Shown here piece by piece: positions 25,896-34,687 of a stretch of 64,000 nt of DNA (the first letter of the stretch is position 1; the number at the start of each line of letters is the position of its first letter). A program made the translations under genes and the position numbers. A model generated the notes under the pieces. The model made no database searches, was not told where the DNA came from, and worked only from the letters and a program-made list of their open reading frames with translations. Source of the DNA: Spirochaetia bacterium (GTDB lineage Bacteria > Spirochaetota > Spirochaetia > JAFGXN01); NCBI GenBank assembly GCA_034120015.1, contig JAXEIF010000007.1, forward strand, positions 78,988 through 142,987, written 5' to 3'.

Positions 25896-26846
25896 TTATC
25901 GTCGGTAGGAAATATCTCTTTTTTCAATCTGATAAACTTCAATACGTTTACTGTTTTCACTGAACCGGTATGTCACTTTCCGAATCCAGTTGCCTTTCGC
26001 ATCGTATGACAGCCGGATAATGGATGAGAGCCGATTTCCGCTGTCGCTGAGCAGTTCTGCCGTACAAATACCGTTTTCGTAATGATATACTTTACGACTC
26101 AGACGGATACCGTCGACCATCCGAATTTCTTCGGCAATTTTTCCGTCGTCCGTATAAGAAGTCATTATTTTTTCCGTCTTTCCGGAATCAATGATTTCGC
26201 GTACCGATTCCCGACCGTCCGCATCGTATTCATACTTTTCCGACAGCTTTTTTATTTCTTTTCCGGCATATATGACTGTATTACGAACCGACACAGCGCC
26301 GTTACCGTTATATGTCAAAGTCTCGACAGAACGCTCCTTTCCCGTTGAAGCCTTACGTGTCACTTTTTTTACCGGATTTTTCTCTGTATCATAGATATAT
26401 TCAACCGTATCGGAAACTTTTGAAGACTTCTGCGGATAAGTAATCTCTTCCCTGACGATTTTTCCGTTCTCTCCGTAACGGAAAACTTTTCTGAACATTT
26501 CACGGGCATCGCGTCCGTAAATAGCAAACATCAGTCTCTGACCGGTACGGCTATACGAAAAAATGTTTTCTACAGTCACTTCGTCACTCGACAAATCCTT
26601 AAACCGGATAAAAGAACAAAAACCGTTTTCATTAAACTTAAGGTATTCTTCCGAGTAATAAAGCGTATCCGAAAAATTTTCCAGGTCCTTACCCGGTTTT
26701 CCGGTCTGATGAGTCAGCGATTCCACTTTTCCTCTTAATCCGAAGTTCGTCCAATCGTTGCTGTAAACGTCGGTAACTTCGTACTCCGACGCTTCCGCAA
26801 ACAGTACGCAAATAAACAAAAATAATCCCAAAAAACTTTTTCGCAT
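25896..26846 (-). CDS. Small secreted protein made of YD/RHS-like beta-hairpin repeats
   Basis: The signal peptide is MRKSFLGLFLFICVLFAEA. It is followed by at least 7 repeats of the Y-x-Y-D-x-x-G type, including KYEYDADGRESV, LSYDAKGNWIRKV, SYTDDGKIAEE, TLTYNGNGAVSV and VFRYGENGKIV. Confidence 0.6.
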   Translation of the reverse strand: MRKSFLGLFLFICVLFAEASEYEVTDVYSNDWTNFGLRGKVESLTHQTGKPGKDLENFSDTLYYSEEYLKFNENGFCSFIRFKDLSSDEVTVENIFSYSRTGQRLMFAIYGRDAREMFRKVFRYGENGKIVREEITYPQKSSKVSDTVEYIYDTEKNPVKKVTRKASTGKERSVETLTYNGNGAVSVRNTVIYAGKEIKKLSEKYEYDADGRESVREIIDSGKTEKIMTSYTDDGKIAEEIRMVDGIRLSRKVYHYENGICTAELLSDSGNRLSSIIRLSYDAKGNWIRKVTYRFSENSKRIEVYQIEKRDISYRR

Positions 26847-28296
26847 TCCGGCTCCTTGTCTTTTTATACAATAATTCTATGAAATCGTAAACTGCTTCCC
26901 TGTTTTTTTCTTTTCCGCCGAATAGCGGAACAAAGGATATTTCATGCGATGAAGAGAAAGGCAGACCGAAAAGAAAGCGTCTGAATTCGGTCGGATTCAA
27001 AACTCTCGCCAGAAACCGGTAACGGGAAAAGAAACATCCGGTAAAAAAATAAGAAACAACCGCTTTATTACACACATCACACCCGGAACAGCTTTCGCAA
27101 CGATGATTCAGCCGTTCGGTTAAAAATTCGCGACGACACGAGCGGCCTTCCGCATATTCCAAAACAGAACGGTAACGCTGCCTCAAAAGCGGATGTGAAA
27201 TTCTTTTTTCTTTATTCCGATCCTCCCGGGAATAAAGCAGATAAGCACGGGCCGGCAAACGATCCCGGCCGCCTCTTCCCGATTCCTGCAAATAAGCCTC
27301 GATTGTCGGAGGCGGATCAAAATGAATCACCGTCCGGATATTCTGCTTATCAACCCCCAATCCGTACGCACAGGTTGCCGTCAAAATACCGTCATTCGAA
27401 TCGAAAAACCATTTCTCGCAATCCTTTTTTTCCTCTTTTGTCAACCCGGCATGATAAAAGGCTACCTGCGTATCGGGAAGAGATTCACGCAAAAAAACAG
27501 CCAAGTCCCTTACCCGTTTTCTGCTGGACGCAAACACAATCAGCGGTTTTTCCGCCTGCCGGATTAATTCAAGCAATGCCGCACGCTTACAGTCTGTTCT
27601 GATTACCGAATAATGAATATTAACGCGATCCGGATCACCGTAGATCAAATTAACCTGAGAATCCCCGAAAATTAACGGTTTCATATCAGCCATGATTTCT
27701 TCGGACGCGGTTGCCGTAAATGCTGTTAAAATATCATACGACAGTTTCTCCAAAACCGGACGCAACTGCAAATAAGCGGAACGAAAAGTCTTTCCCCATT
27801 CGGAAACCGTATGCGCCTCATCAACAACAACATGAGCAAATCGAATTTCGGAAAGAGCGTCGGAGACGGACGGTAACCGCAGCGTTTCGGGATTCGATAT
27901 CAGATAGCGTATTTTTCCGTGTTTCAGCCCCGAAAAAACAGATTTCCGTTCTTCTTCAGTCTGTCCTCCGCGTAAAACAGCACATGTCAAACCGGTGTCA
28001 AGAATCCGGCGTTCCTGATCACTCATCAGTGAAAGAAGAGGAAAAATCATCAGAACAGGTTCGGAAATCATGACCGCAGGAAGCATAAAGCAGAGACTTT
28101 TCCCCGCACCGGTCGGTAAAATGACAATCTGATTTCGAATCACCTCCGACTTTCCTTCTTCTCCGTAAAATCCGCCGGCGCAAAGAACATTATGAATCAC
28201 CAGTCTCTGATACGGATAGACGTAACGGATCCGAAAAAAGCGAAGAGCCGCCTCGTTGATCTCGTCTCGAAATTCACTTTCTTTTGGGTATTCCAT
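26689..28296 (-). CDS. recQ: RecQ-family ATP-dependent DNA helicase (short form, no HRDC seen)
   Basis: Motifs present are YPYQ, PTGAGKSLCFMLPA, DEAH (VVVDEAHTVSEWG), the helicase C-terminal motifs and QESGRGGRD, plus a Cys cluster (CRREF...CESCSGCDVC). The last 158 nt overlap the next gene in another frame. Confidence 0.85.
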   Translation of the reverse strand: MEYPKESEFRDEINEAALRFFRIRYVYPYQRLVIHNVLCAGGFYGEEGKSEVIRNQIVILPTGAGKSLCFMLPAVMISEPVLMIFPLLSLMSDQERRILDTGLTCAVLRGGQTEEERKSVFSGLKHGKIRYLISNPETLRLPSVSDALSEIRFAHVVVDEAHTVSEWGKTFRSAYLQLRPVLEKLSYDILTAFTATASEEIMADMKPLIFGDSQVNLIYGDPDRVNIHYSVIRTDCKRAALLELIRQAEKPLIVFASSRKRVRDLAVFLRESLPDTQVAFYHAGLTKEEKKDCEKWFFDSNDGILTATCAYGLGVDKQNIRTVIHFDPPPTIEAYLQESGRGGRDRLPARAYLLYSREDRNKEKRISHPLLRQRYRSVLEYAEGRSCRREFLTERLNHRCESCSGCDVCNKAVVSYFFTGCFFSRYRFLARVLNPTEFRRFLFGLPFSSSHEISFVPLFGGKEKNREAVYDFIELLYKKTRSRNAKKFFGIIFVYLRTVCGSVGVRSYRRLQQRLDELRIKRKSGIADSSDRKTG

Positions 28297-28366
28297 ATAA
28301 AATATTAATGTGTAATTTTGTTTTTTTCTCTTTCACCATTAACGTTTTTTTGATAAAATCAGCAAT

Positions 28367-29914
28367 ATGAGCAGAGATAACAACAAAAAAAGAGTGGTGA
28401 TTTTCGGAGCCAGCGGCAGTATGGGACTGGCCTGCCTGCACCATATCAGCCGGGATACAATTCATCTGATACTTCTTTTGAGACCCTCCCGTAAAAACTT
28501 TAAACTGGCCAGACAGATGGGAATCAGACATCCATCGGCAAAAAACACATTCGATTCCGCCGAAAATCTCGAAATCCGCTGGGGATCGATTACCGATTAC
28601 CGATGCGTCAAAGAGTGCGTGGAAAAAGGTGATCTGATTTTTAATATGGCAGCGATTATTCCTCCGCGTATATTCAAAAGTTTTCGGAAAATGGACGAAA
28701 CCAATCTCGGCGGTGTTCTGAACATCATTCGTGCTATCAGAGAAACCGGCGGCAGCGAGACCAAACGCTTCATCAACACCTCCAGTGTGGCAGTCTACGG
28801 CGACCGGCTACCCCCTTACCATATCATCAAAGTCGGAGATCCGGCTTATCCGAGTCCGCTTGATTTTTACGGTCTGACAAAAATGAAAGCCGAACGCGCA
28901 CTGATTGAATCGGGCCTTAAATACTGGGCAATCATCCGACAAACTTTCATCGCGCTTCCCGATGTCTTTACCCTTTTGGCGCCTCTGATGTTTCACCAGC
29001 CTCTGAACCAGCTGATTGAAGGAACATATAAAGATGACGCCGGTATCGGTGCCGCACGACTGATTGACGCCCCCGATTCATTTTACCGGCAAATATATAA
29101 TTTCGGAAACGGTCCGAAATTTCGTGTCAGCTATATCGAATTTCTGGAACGAATGTTCGGACTGATCGGTGTCGATTTGACAAAAGCGATGAACAGAAGA
29201 TGGTTTACACAGCGCAATTTTCATTGCGGCTATTTTGCCGACTGGGAAATCCTGAATCGGTACACGAATCACGCGCAAACCTCTTTCGATGACTATATCC
29301 GCATAGTTGACAAACGGATTCCTCCTGTCTACCGGTTGGCCAAATTTGTTCCGCCGGTTTTTATGAGAATGTTTCTCCGTTTTTACGCGGAACCGATGAA
29401 ATGGATTTGCAAAAAGAAAAAATTTCCGTATCACCATGCGGCTTATTATTTTGAAAATGCGAAAGAATGGAAAGATCTTCCCGACTGGTCTCAACCGATT
29501 GAAAAACCTGCTTTTGAAGAAGGAAAAAAAGTGGATACGGGTTTTCAAATCAGATTCGATAAGAATTACACACTTGAAGATCTGAAGAAAGCGGCCGAAT
29601 ACCGCGGAGGCCGTCTTGTCTCCGAATCCTTTAACGGCATGCATGTCATGCACTCCTGGTATTGCGGACACTGCGGACAAACATTCCGGGCCACGCCGAT
29701 GCTGATTCTTCACGGAGGACAATGGTGCCCCTGTACCGTTCCCGGGAACTGGACATATAAACAGCAGGCAGAACGGGATAAAGTTATTGCGCAACTTTAT
29801 TACGCACAACACGGAAAAACGGAACCGCAACCGGTTTACGAACGGGAAAAAAGTTTAAAAGAATGGGGATTCCCGGTGCACGAAGAAATCACGGTCACCG
29901 GCGACAAAAAATAA
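28367..29914 (+). CDS. NAD(P)-dependent epimerase/dehydratase-family (extended SDR) protein fused to a C-terminal Cys-rich module
   Basis: The Rossmann motif VVIFGASGSMG is present, and the SDR active-site Y-x-x-x-K is in YGLTKMK. A C-terminal region of about 150 aa contains GGRLVSE...WYCGHCGQTF...GGQWCPC. Confidence 0.75.
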   Translation: MSRDNNKKRVVIFGASGSMGLACLHHISRDTIHLILLLRPSRKNFKLARQMGIRHPSAKNTFDSAENLEIRWGSITDYRCVKECVEKGDLIFNMAAIIPPRIFKSFRKMDETNLGGVLNIIRAIRETGGSETKRFINTSSVAVYGDRLPPYHIIKVGDPAYPSPLDFYGLTKMKAERALIESGLKYWAIIRQTFIALPDVFTLLAPLMFHQPLNQLIEGTYKDDAGIGAARLIDAPDSFYRQIYNFGNGPKFRVSYIEFLERMFGLIGVDLTKAMNRRWFTQRNFHCGYFADWEILNRYTNHAQTSFDDYIRIVDKRIPPVYRLAKFVPPVFMRMFLRFYAEPMKWICKKKKFPYHHAAYYFENAKEWKDLPDWSQPIEKPAFEEGKKVDTGFQIRFDKNYTLEDLKKAAEYRGGRLVSESFNGMHVMHSWYCGHCGQTFRATPMLILHGGQWCPCTVPGNWTYKQQAERDKVIAQLYYAQHGKTEPQPVYEREKSLKEWGFPVHEEITVTGDKK

Positions 29915-30004
29915 GGAAATTAAAGAAGAAAGCAAAACGAAAAGCCGCCCGAACATACGTTCAACCCTCCGAACAAACGTTCGAACGGCTGATTTCAACC
30001 TTTT

Positions 30005-31114
30005 TCAGACATTAAATTTAAAGAAAACAATATCTCCGTCCCGAACGATATATTCCCGGCCCTCTGTACGAAGTTTGCCGGCCTGTCTGACAGCAGCCTC
30101 ACTTCCGTATTGAAACAAATCATCGCAGGTGTAAATATCGGCCTTGATAAATCCCCGTTCAAAGTCGGAATGAATCACTCCGGCGGCCTGCGGCGCTTTG
30201 TACCCCTCTTTAAACGTCCATGCCCTTACTTCTTTCGGACCGGCCGTAAAAAACGTCCGTAACCCCAATAACGCATAACTCTTTTGAATCAGACGGTCCA
30301 ATCCTGATTCCGTCAATCCGGCAGCATCCAAAAATTCAGCACGTTCCTCGGGGGTATCGAGTGCCGCAATTTCCGATTCCAATTTCCCGCAAATAACGAC
30401 ATAATCGGCATTTTCGGCTGCCGCGATTTCAGCTGTCTTCTTTACGTAATCATTTTCGGAAGAAAGTCCCGCCTCATCAACATTGCAGACGTAGAGAACT
30501 TTTTTCGCTGTTATCAGATGCAGATCACGAATCAAATCAACCTCGTCTTCGGTTAAAGGAACCGACCGGACAGGGGCTCCGTTTTCCAGTGCCGGTCTCA
30601 GCTTTTCAAGTACAGCCTGCTGTGCCTCGGCAATCTTTCCGGCCTCCGTTCCTTTTGCTTTCGCCACACGGATATTTTTTTCGTATCTTTTTTCGACCGT
30701 ATCCAAATCAGCCAATGCCAGTTCAAGATTGATTATTTCAATATCGTTTCGGGGATCGATTTTATTTTCGACATGAATAATGTCATTGTTATCAAAACAA
30801 CGGACAACATGAAGAATCACTCCCGTTTCCCGAATATTGGCCAGAAATTTATTCCCCAACCCTTCTCCCCGCGACGCACCTCTCACCAAACCGGCAATAT
30901 CAACAAATTCGCAGACAGCAGGAACAACTTTTTCGGTCGGAATTCTTTTTGTAATTTCTTCCAACCTGCGATCGGGAACATTGACAATGCCCACATTCGG
31001 ATCGATCGTACAAAACGGATAATTGGCCGCTTCCGCAGGTGCGCTTGTCAGGGCCTGAAACAGCGTTGATTTTCCGACATTAGGCAGACCGACGATTCCG
31101 CAATTTAAACTCAT
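30005..31114 (-). CDS. ychF: Ribosome-binding ATPase YchF
   Basis: The product begins GIVGLPNVGKSTLFQALT, carries a TGS-like C-terminus (GFIKADIY...REGREYIVRDGDIVFFKFN) and is 369 aa long. Confidence 0.95.
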   Translation of the reverse strand: MSLNCGIVGLPNVGKSTLFQALTSAPAEAANYPFCTIDPNVGIVNVPDRRLEEITKRIPTEKVVPAVCEFVDIAGLVRGASRGEGLGNKFLANIRETGVILHVVRCFDNNDIIHVENKIDPRNDIEIINLELALADLDTVEKRYEKNIRVAKAKGTEAGKIAEAQQAVLEKLRPALENGAPVRSVPLTEDEVDLIRDLHLITAKKVLYVCNVDEAGLSSENDYVKKTAEIAAAENADYVVICGKLESEIAALDTPEERAEFLDAAGLTESGLDRLIQKSYALLGLRTFFTAGPKEVRAWTFKEGYKAPQAAGVIHSDFERGFIKADIYTCDDLFQYGSEAAVRQAGKLRTEGREYIVRDGDIVFFKFNV

Positions 31115-31137
31115 TTTGATTTCCTCTGTATTCCCTT

Positions 31138-33303
31138 TTACTGATAGATTCTTTCTTCGATTCGGCTTCGATTCGGGTGTCCGGGATTAATCTCCAAAAC
31201 TCTGCGATAGCAGTTTGCAGCTTCTTCCGTACGCCCTGTTTTGAAATAGAGATTGCCCAAATCGTTGTAAGCCTCGGCATTTCGCGGCTCCTGCTCCGTC
31301 ACCCGACGGAGCAGTTCTTCGGCTTCGGATGTTTTTCCGGTTTCCATGTAAGACAAAGCAAGCTGATAGCATACAGTCATGTCATCGGGTTTCAGTGCCT
31401 GAGCCCGACCGTAAGCCGAGACGGCATCGGCTGCCTTTTTCTGATGATAGTAGACATTTCCCAGATTATTCCATGCTTCAAAATTGGAGGCATTAATCGA
31501 AACCGCTTTTTTCAATACCGATTCAGCCTCGCTGTAACGTCCCAGACGATCATAAAGAGCTCCCGAATTAATCAGAGCATCTTCATATCCGGGATCGGCC
31601 TCCAATGCTTTTTTGTACATGTCAACAGCATCATCTTCCTTTCCCGATTTTTCCGAAACCTGAGCCAGTGTAAACAGATAAACAGGATTTCCGGGATCGG
31701 CTTCTACCGCGGATCGTGCATAAGGCATAGCTTCGTCGGCTTTTCCCTGTTCGACAAAAACACGTGCCAGATTATGCTGCGTTTTCGGACTGTTATCGGC
31801 CGAGAGACTGTTTTGAAACCATCTTTCGGCGTCACTGTAATTTTCCTCATTAAAATAAAGCAGACCGGCTTTTGCCGCCACATCCGCTTTCTGGCGCGGA
31901 ATCGAAAGATAGCGGTATCCGTTTTTATAAGATTCGATTGCCTGCGCTGTTTTACCCTGTTTTTCCTGTGCCGTACCCAATGCGGAATAAGCCGCCCCGT
32001 TTTGCGAATCGACGGCAATAGCCTTTGTCAAAATTGTTTCGGCACGATCTGCCTGTCCCGCATTCAGATAGGCAATTCCGGCGTTATATCCGGCCTTTCC
32101 CAATCGGGGATCGGCATCCAAAGCCGCGGAAAAAGTATCACCTGCTTTTTCGAATTTCTTTTGCCGGTAATATAAAATTCCGAGACTCATTAAATACTGT
32201 GCATTATCGGGAGCAATGCTGAGCGACATTTCATATGATCGGATAGCGGGATCAATCTTTCCTTCATAATCATAAATTTCTCCCTGAATCCCGTATGCAT
32301 GTGCATCTTCTTTATTTAAGGTGACAGCCTTTTGAGTTTTTCCGATTGCCGTCTGCCGGTTAAGATCATTTTTTCTGTCCTTTTCCCAATAAGCACGGGC
32401 TCCCAACGTATACGCCTCCGCCAAATCGGGATTCATAGCGGATACCTCATCAAACGTATCCGCTGCCTGTGCATACTGACGGGCTTCCAGCTGCTTTCGT
32501 CCTTCCGCCATCAGCAAAGCAACCTTTTCCGCTTTGGCCTTCTCATCCTGCTGGCGTTTCAGTTCGGCCTGCCGTGCCGCTTCGGCTTCCGCCTCCGCTT
32601 TGGCCTTTTCTTCCTGCTGCCGCTTCAGTTCGGAATTCCTTTTTTCGGCGGCGGCTTCGTTCATCGCCGTCTGATCAGACAAACCGATGCGGCGGACCCA
32701 TTCATCCCGTGCCTGCAAAACCGCCTCCCGATTTCTCTCGGCTTTTTCTTCATCGGTCAGATTGTAAATCTCCGATTGGGCCCGGGATTTTTCGCGGTCG
32801 GAAATTGCATCCAACTGATAACGAAGCATCTGTTCGCGCCAGGAAGCACTTCTCTGAGCGGCATTCCGTTTTTCCCTATTTTGTTCTTCCCGTTTGCGGG
32901 CTGCAGCGGCTGCCTCCTGTCGGCGTTTTTCTTCCGCTCTGCGCGCCGCTTCGGCTTCCGCCTCCGCTCTGGCTTTCTCTTCCTGCAGGCGTTTCAGTTC
33001 GGCCTGACGGGCCGCTTCTTCGGCTGCCAATTTCTCGGCTTCAACCCTGCGCGCTTCCTCCTCCTCACGCAACCGGGATTCGCGTGCTGCCTTCTCCAGA
33101 TCGGAAAGAATTTCCTCATCGGAAGAACGGGAATATCTCTCTTCGGATAAAACCGTTTCTTTTTCCGAATCGATTCTGTCTTCGGCACTTCGGCCGAGCG
33201 TCATCGTTAAAATCAAAATCAAAAGAATCACAACCGCCGCACCGATGCCGATTCCGATACTCTTCAATAAAGTTTTCCTGTCAAATTCTCTTCTCATTTT
33301 CAT
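31138..33303 (-). CDS. Membrane-anchored coiled-coil plus TPR-repeat protein
   Basis: One N-terminal TM segment (IGIGIGAAVVILLILILTM) is followed by about 200 aa of charged Ala/Glu/Lys/Arg coiled coil, then at least 10 TPR-like 34-mers (A-x-x-x-Y-x-x-A-L-x-x-x-P). Confidence 0.8.
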   Translation of the reverse strand: MKMRREFDRKTLLKSIGIGIGAAVVILLILILTMTLGRSAEDRIDSEKETVLSEERYSRSSDEEILSDLEKAARESRLREEEEARRVEAEKLAAEEAARQAELKRLQEEKARAEAEAEAARRAEEKRRQEAAAAARKREEQNREKRNAAQRSASWREQMLRYQLDAISDREKSRAQSEIYNLTDEEKAERNREAVLQARDEWVRRIGLSDQTAMNEAAAEKRNSELKRQQEEKAKAEAEAEAARQAELKRQQDEKAKAEKVALLMAEGRKQLEARQYAQAADTFDEVSAMNPDLAEAYTLGARAYWEKDRKNDLNRQTAIGKTQKAVTLNKEDAHAYGIQGEIYDYEGKIDPAIRSYEMSLSIAPDNAQYLMSLGILYYRQKKFEKAGDTFSAALDADPRLGKAGYNAGIAYLNAGQADRAETILTKAIAVDSQNGAAYSALGTAQEKQGKTAQAIESYKNGYRYLSIPRQKADVAAKAGLLYFNEENYSDAERWFQNSLSADNSPKTQHNLARVFVEQGKADEAMPYARSAVEADPGNPVYLFTLAQVSEKSGKEDDAVDMYKKALEADPGYEDALINSGALYDRLGRYSEAESVLKKAVSINASNFEAWNNLGNVYYHQKKAADAVSAYGRAQALKPDDMTVCYQLALSYMETGKTSEAEELLRRVTEQEPRNAEAYNDLGNLYFKTGRTEEAANCYRRVLEINPGHPNRSRIEERIYQ

Positions 33304-33995
33304 TACTCCACAATATCTAAATTAAACAGATAATCTTCCAATCCCGTATTGTCAACCTGAAGATTGCGGGAACGATCCGAATCGGACAATTCTCCGGCTG
33401 CCTGATCTCTCATCTCAGCCAGACGGCGTTCCTGCTCCCGTCGACGCTCTTCGGCCAGCCGCACCTGTTCTGCCTGCAACCGCTCCTCCTCGGTCAATAA
33501 AGCAATCATTCTCTCAATACCGATTTTCTGCGGATGCGCGGGATTCAGCTGTAAAACCTGACGGTAATCGTTTGCCGCTTCACTGTATTTTCCCGACTTC
33601 AGAAAGGAATTTCCTCTGTTCAGATAAGCCTGATAAAATAATCCGTCGGTTTCGATAACCTGATTGTAATAATTGATTGCCTCATCCCATTTTCCGAGCG
33701 CAAAAAGATTATTGGCCAAATTAAAGGTTATTTCTTTTTGATTTCCCAAACGGTAATATGCCTGTTTCAGTAAGTCGACGGCTTGCGCATACAGTCCCTG
33801 TTTTTCATATACAGAAGCCAAAATAAGATACCACTCGGCTTTAAAGCCGTCGGTTGCCTCGCAGCTTTTCAGAACGGAGACCGCCTCCTGATATTGTCCG
33901 TCTTTCAGCAAAGTCACCGCATCGGAAAGCGGATCTCCGAATAGTATCGAAGCCGTCGACAAAAGCATCAGTATAGACAATAAACCCCGTTTCAT
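33303..33995 (-). CDS. Secreted TPR-repeat protein
   Basis: A signal peptide is followed by 4-5 TPR units and a charged C-terminus. Its stop overlaps the next start by 1 nt (TAATG). Confidence 0.75.
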   Translation of the reverse strand: MKRGLLSILMLLSTASILFGDPLSDAVTLLKDGQYQEAVSVLKSCEATDGFKAEWYLILASVYEKQGLYAQAVDLLKQAYYRLGNQKEITFNLANNLFALGKWDEAINYYNQVIETDGLFYQAYLNRGNSFLKSGKYSEAANDYRQVLQLNPAHPQKIGIERMIALLTEEERLQAEQVRLAEERRREQERRLAEMRDQAAGELSDSDRSRNLQVDNTGLEDYLFNLDIVE

Positions 33996-34687
33996 TCCGT
34001 CAACCTCTCGTAAACACGATAATAAGGACCGGTCAATACACCGTATCCCTCTTCGGACTCAAAGTGGTATAAATACAATTTATTGTTTGTTTCGGAACGT
34101 AAATCATTAACTCTCGGGAAATTATCGACAGTCAGGGGTTCGTCGGGAACAAATCTGAAATCGAGAAAACGGTCGGATGAATTAAAATAAAGAAATTTCT
34201 CATTCTCTCCCCGATTTACGACCGATGCCGTTTTATCGCTGATTGAAAGCTCCGGAAAAACAAATTTTGACAAATCGATACCGGGAATATTGATTTGAAT
34301 CTCTTTTTCATCGCGGTCACCGGCCTGATCCGAGGCAATAACACGGTATTTTCCGCGCGGAAAAGCGCTTCCGTCAGGCATCTGAATCGAACTGCTTCCG
34401 ACCCAACGACTCCCTTTCCGATCGGTTTTTTCCCAATTGAGTGCATCAAGTTTCCAAAAAAGTTCCTGCTTATCGTTTAACAGATAAATTGCTTCAAGAT
34501 CATCATCGCCGTCGTCATCCTGTACAATGAGAAAAAGAGAAAGAATTTCTTCGGACTGCAGAGTCCGCAAATTTTTGAAAACTGTGATCTGAACAAATGT
34601 ATCCGCAATTTCGGGAGGAGCACCTTCGCAACCTGCAAACAGAAAAAAAGATAACAACAACGGTAAAACCAAATTCTTTTTTCTCAT
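33992..34687 (-). CDS. Lipoprotein of unknown function
   Basis: The N-terminus MRKKNLVLPLLLSFFLFAGCEG is a signal peptide with a lipobox. I recognise no family. It has 4-nt overlaps with both neighbours. Confidence 0.6.
   Translation of the reverse strand: MRKKNLVLPLLLSFFLFAGCEGAPPEIADTFVQITVFKNLRTLQSEEILSLFLIVQDDDGDDDLEAIYLLNDKQELFWKLDALNWEKTDRKGSRWVGSSSIQMPDGSAFPRGKYRVIASDQAGDRDEKEIQINIPGIDLSKFVFPELSISDKTASVVNRGENEKFLYFNSSDRFLDFRFVPDEPLTVDNFPRVNDLRSETNNKLYLYHFESEEGYGVLTGPYYRVYERLTE

Noticed and set aside
32520-33126. Repetitive GCNGAR-rich DNA as a tandem repeat or CRISPR-like array
   Set aside because: The repeats are imperfect, in frame and encode the AEAEAEAAR coiled-coil segment. There is no repeat-spacer periodicity and there are no cas genes.
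31177-33320. Plus-strand ORFs of 332, 272 and 283 aa
   Set aside because: They are antisense to the TPR/coiled-coil gene. The Ala/Glu/Lys/Arg repeat region is stop-free on the opposite strand, and the products are Phe/Arg/Leu/Pro-rich nonsense.
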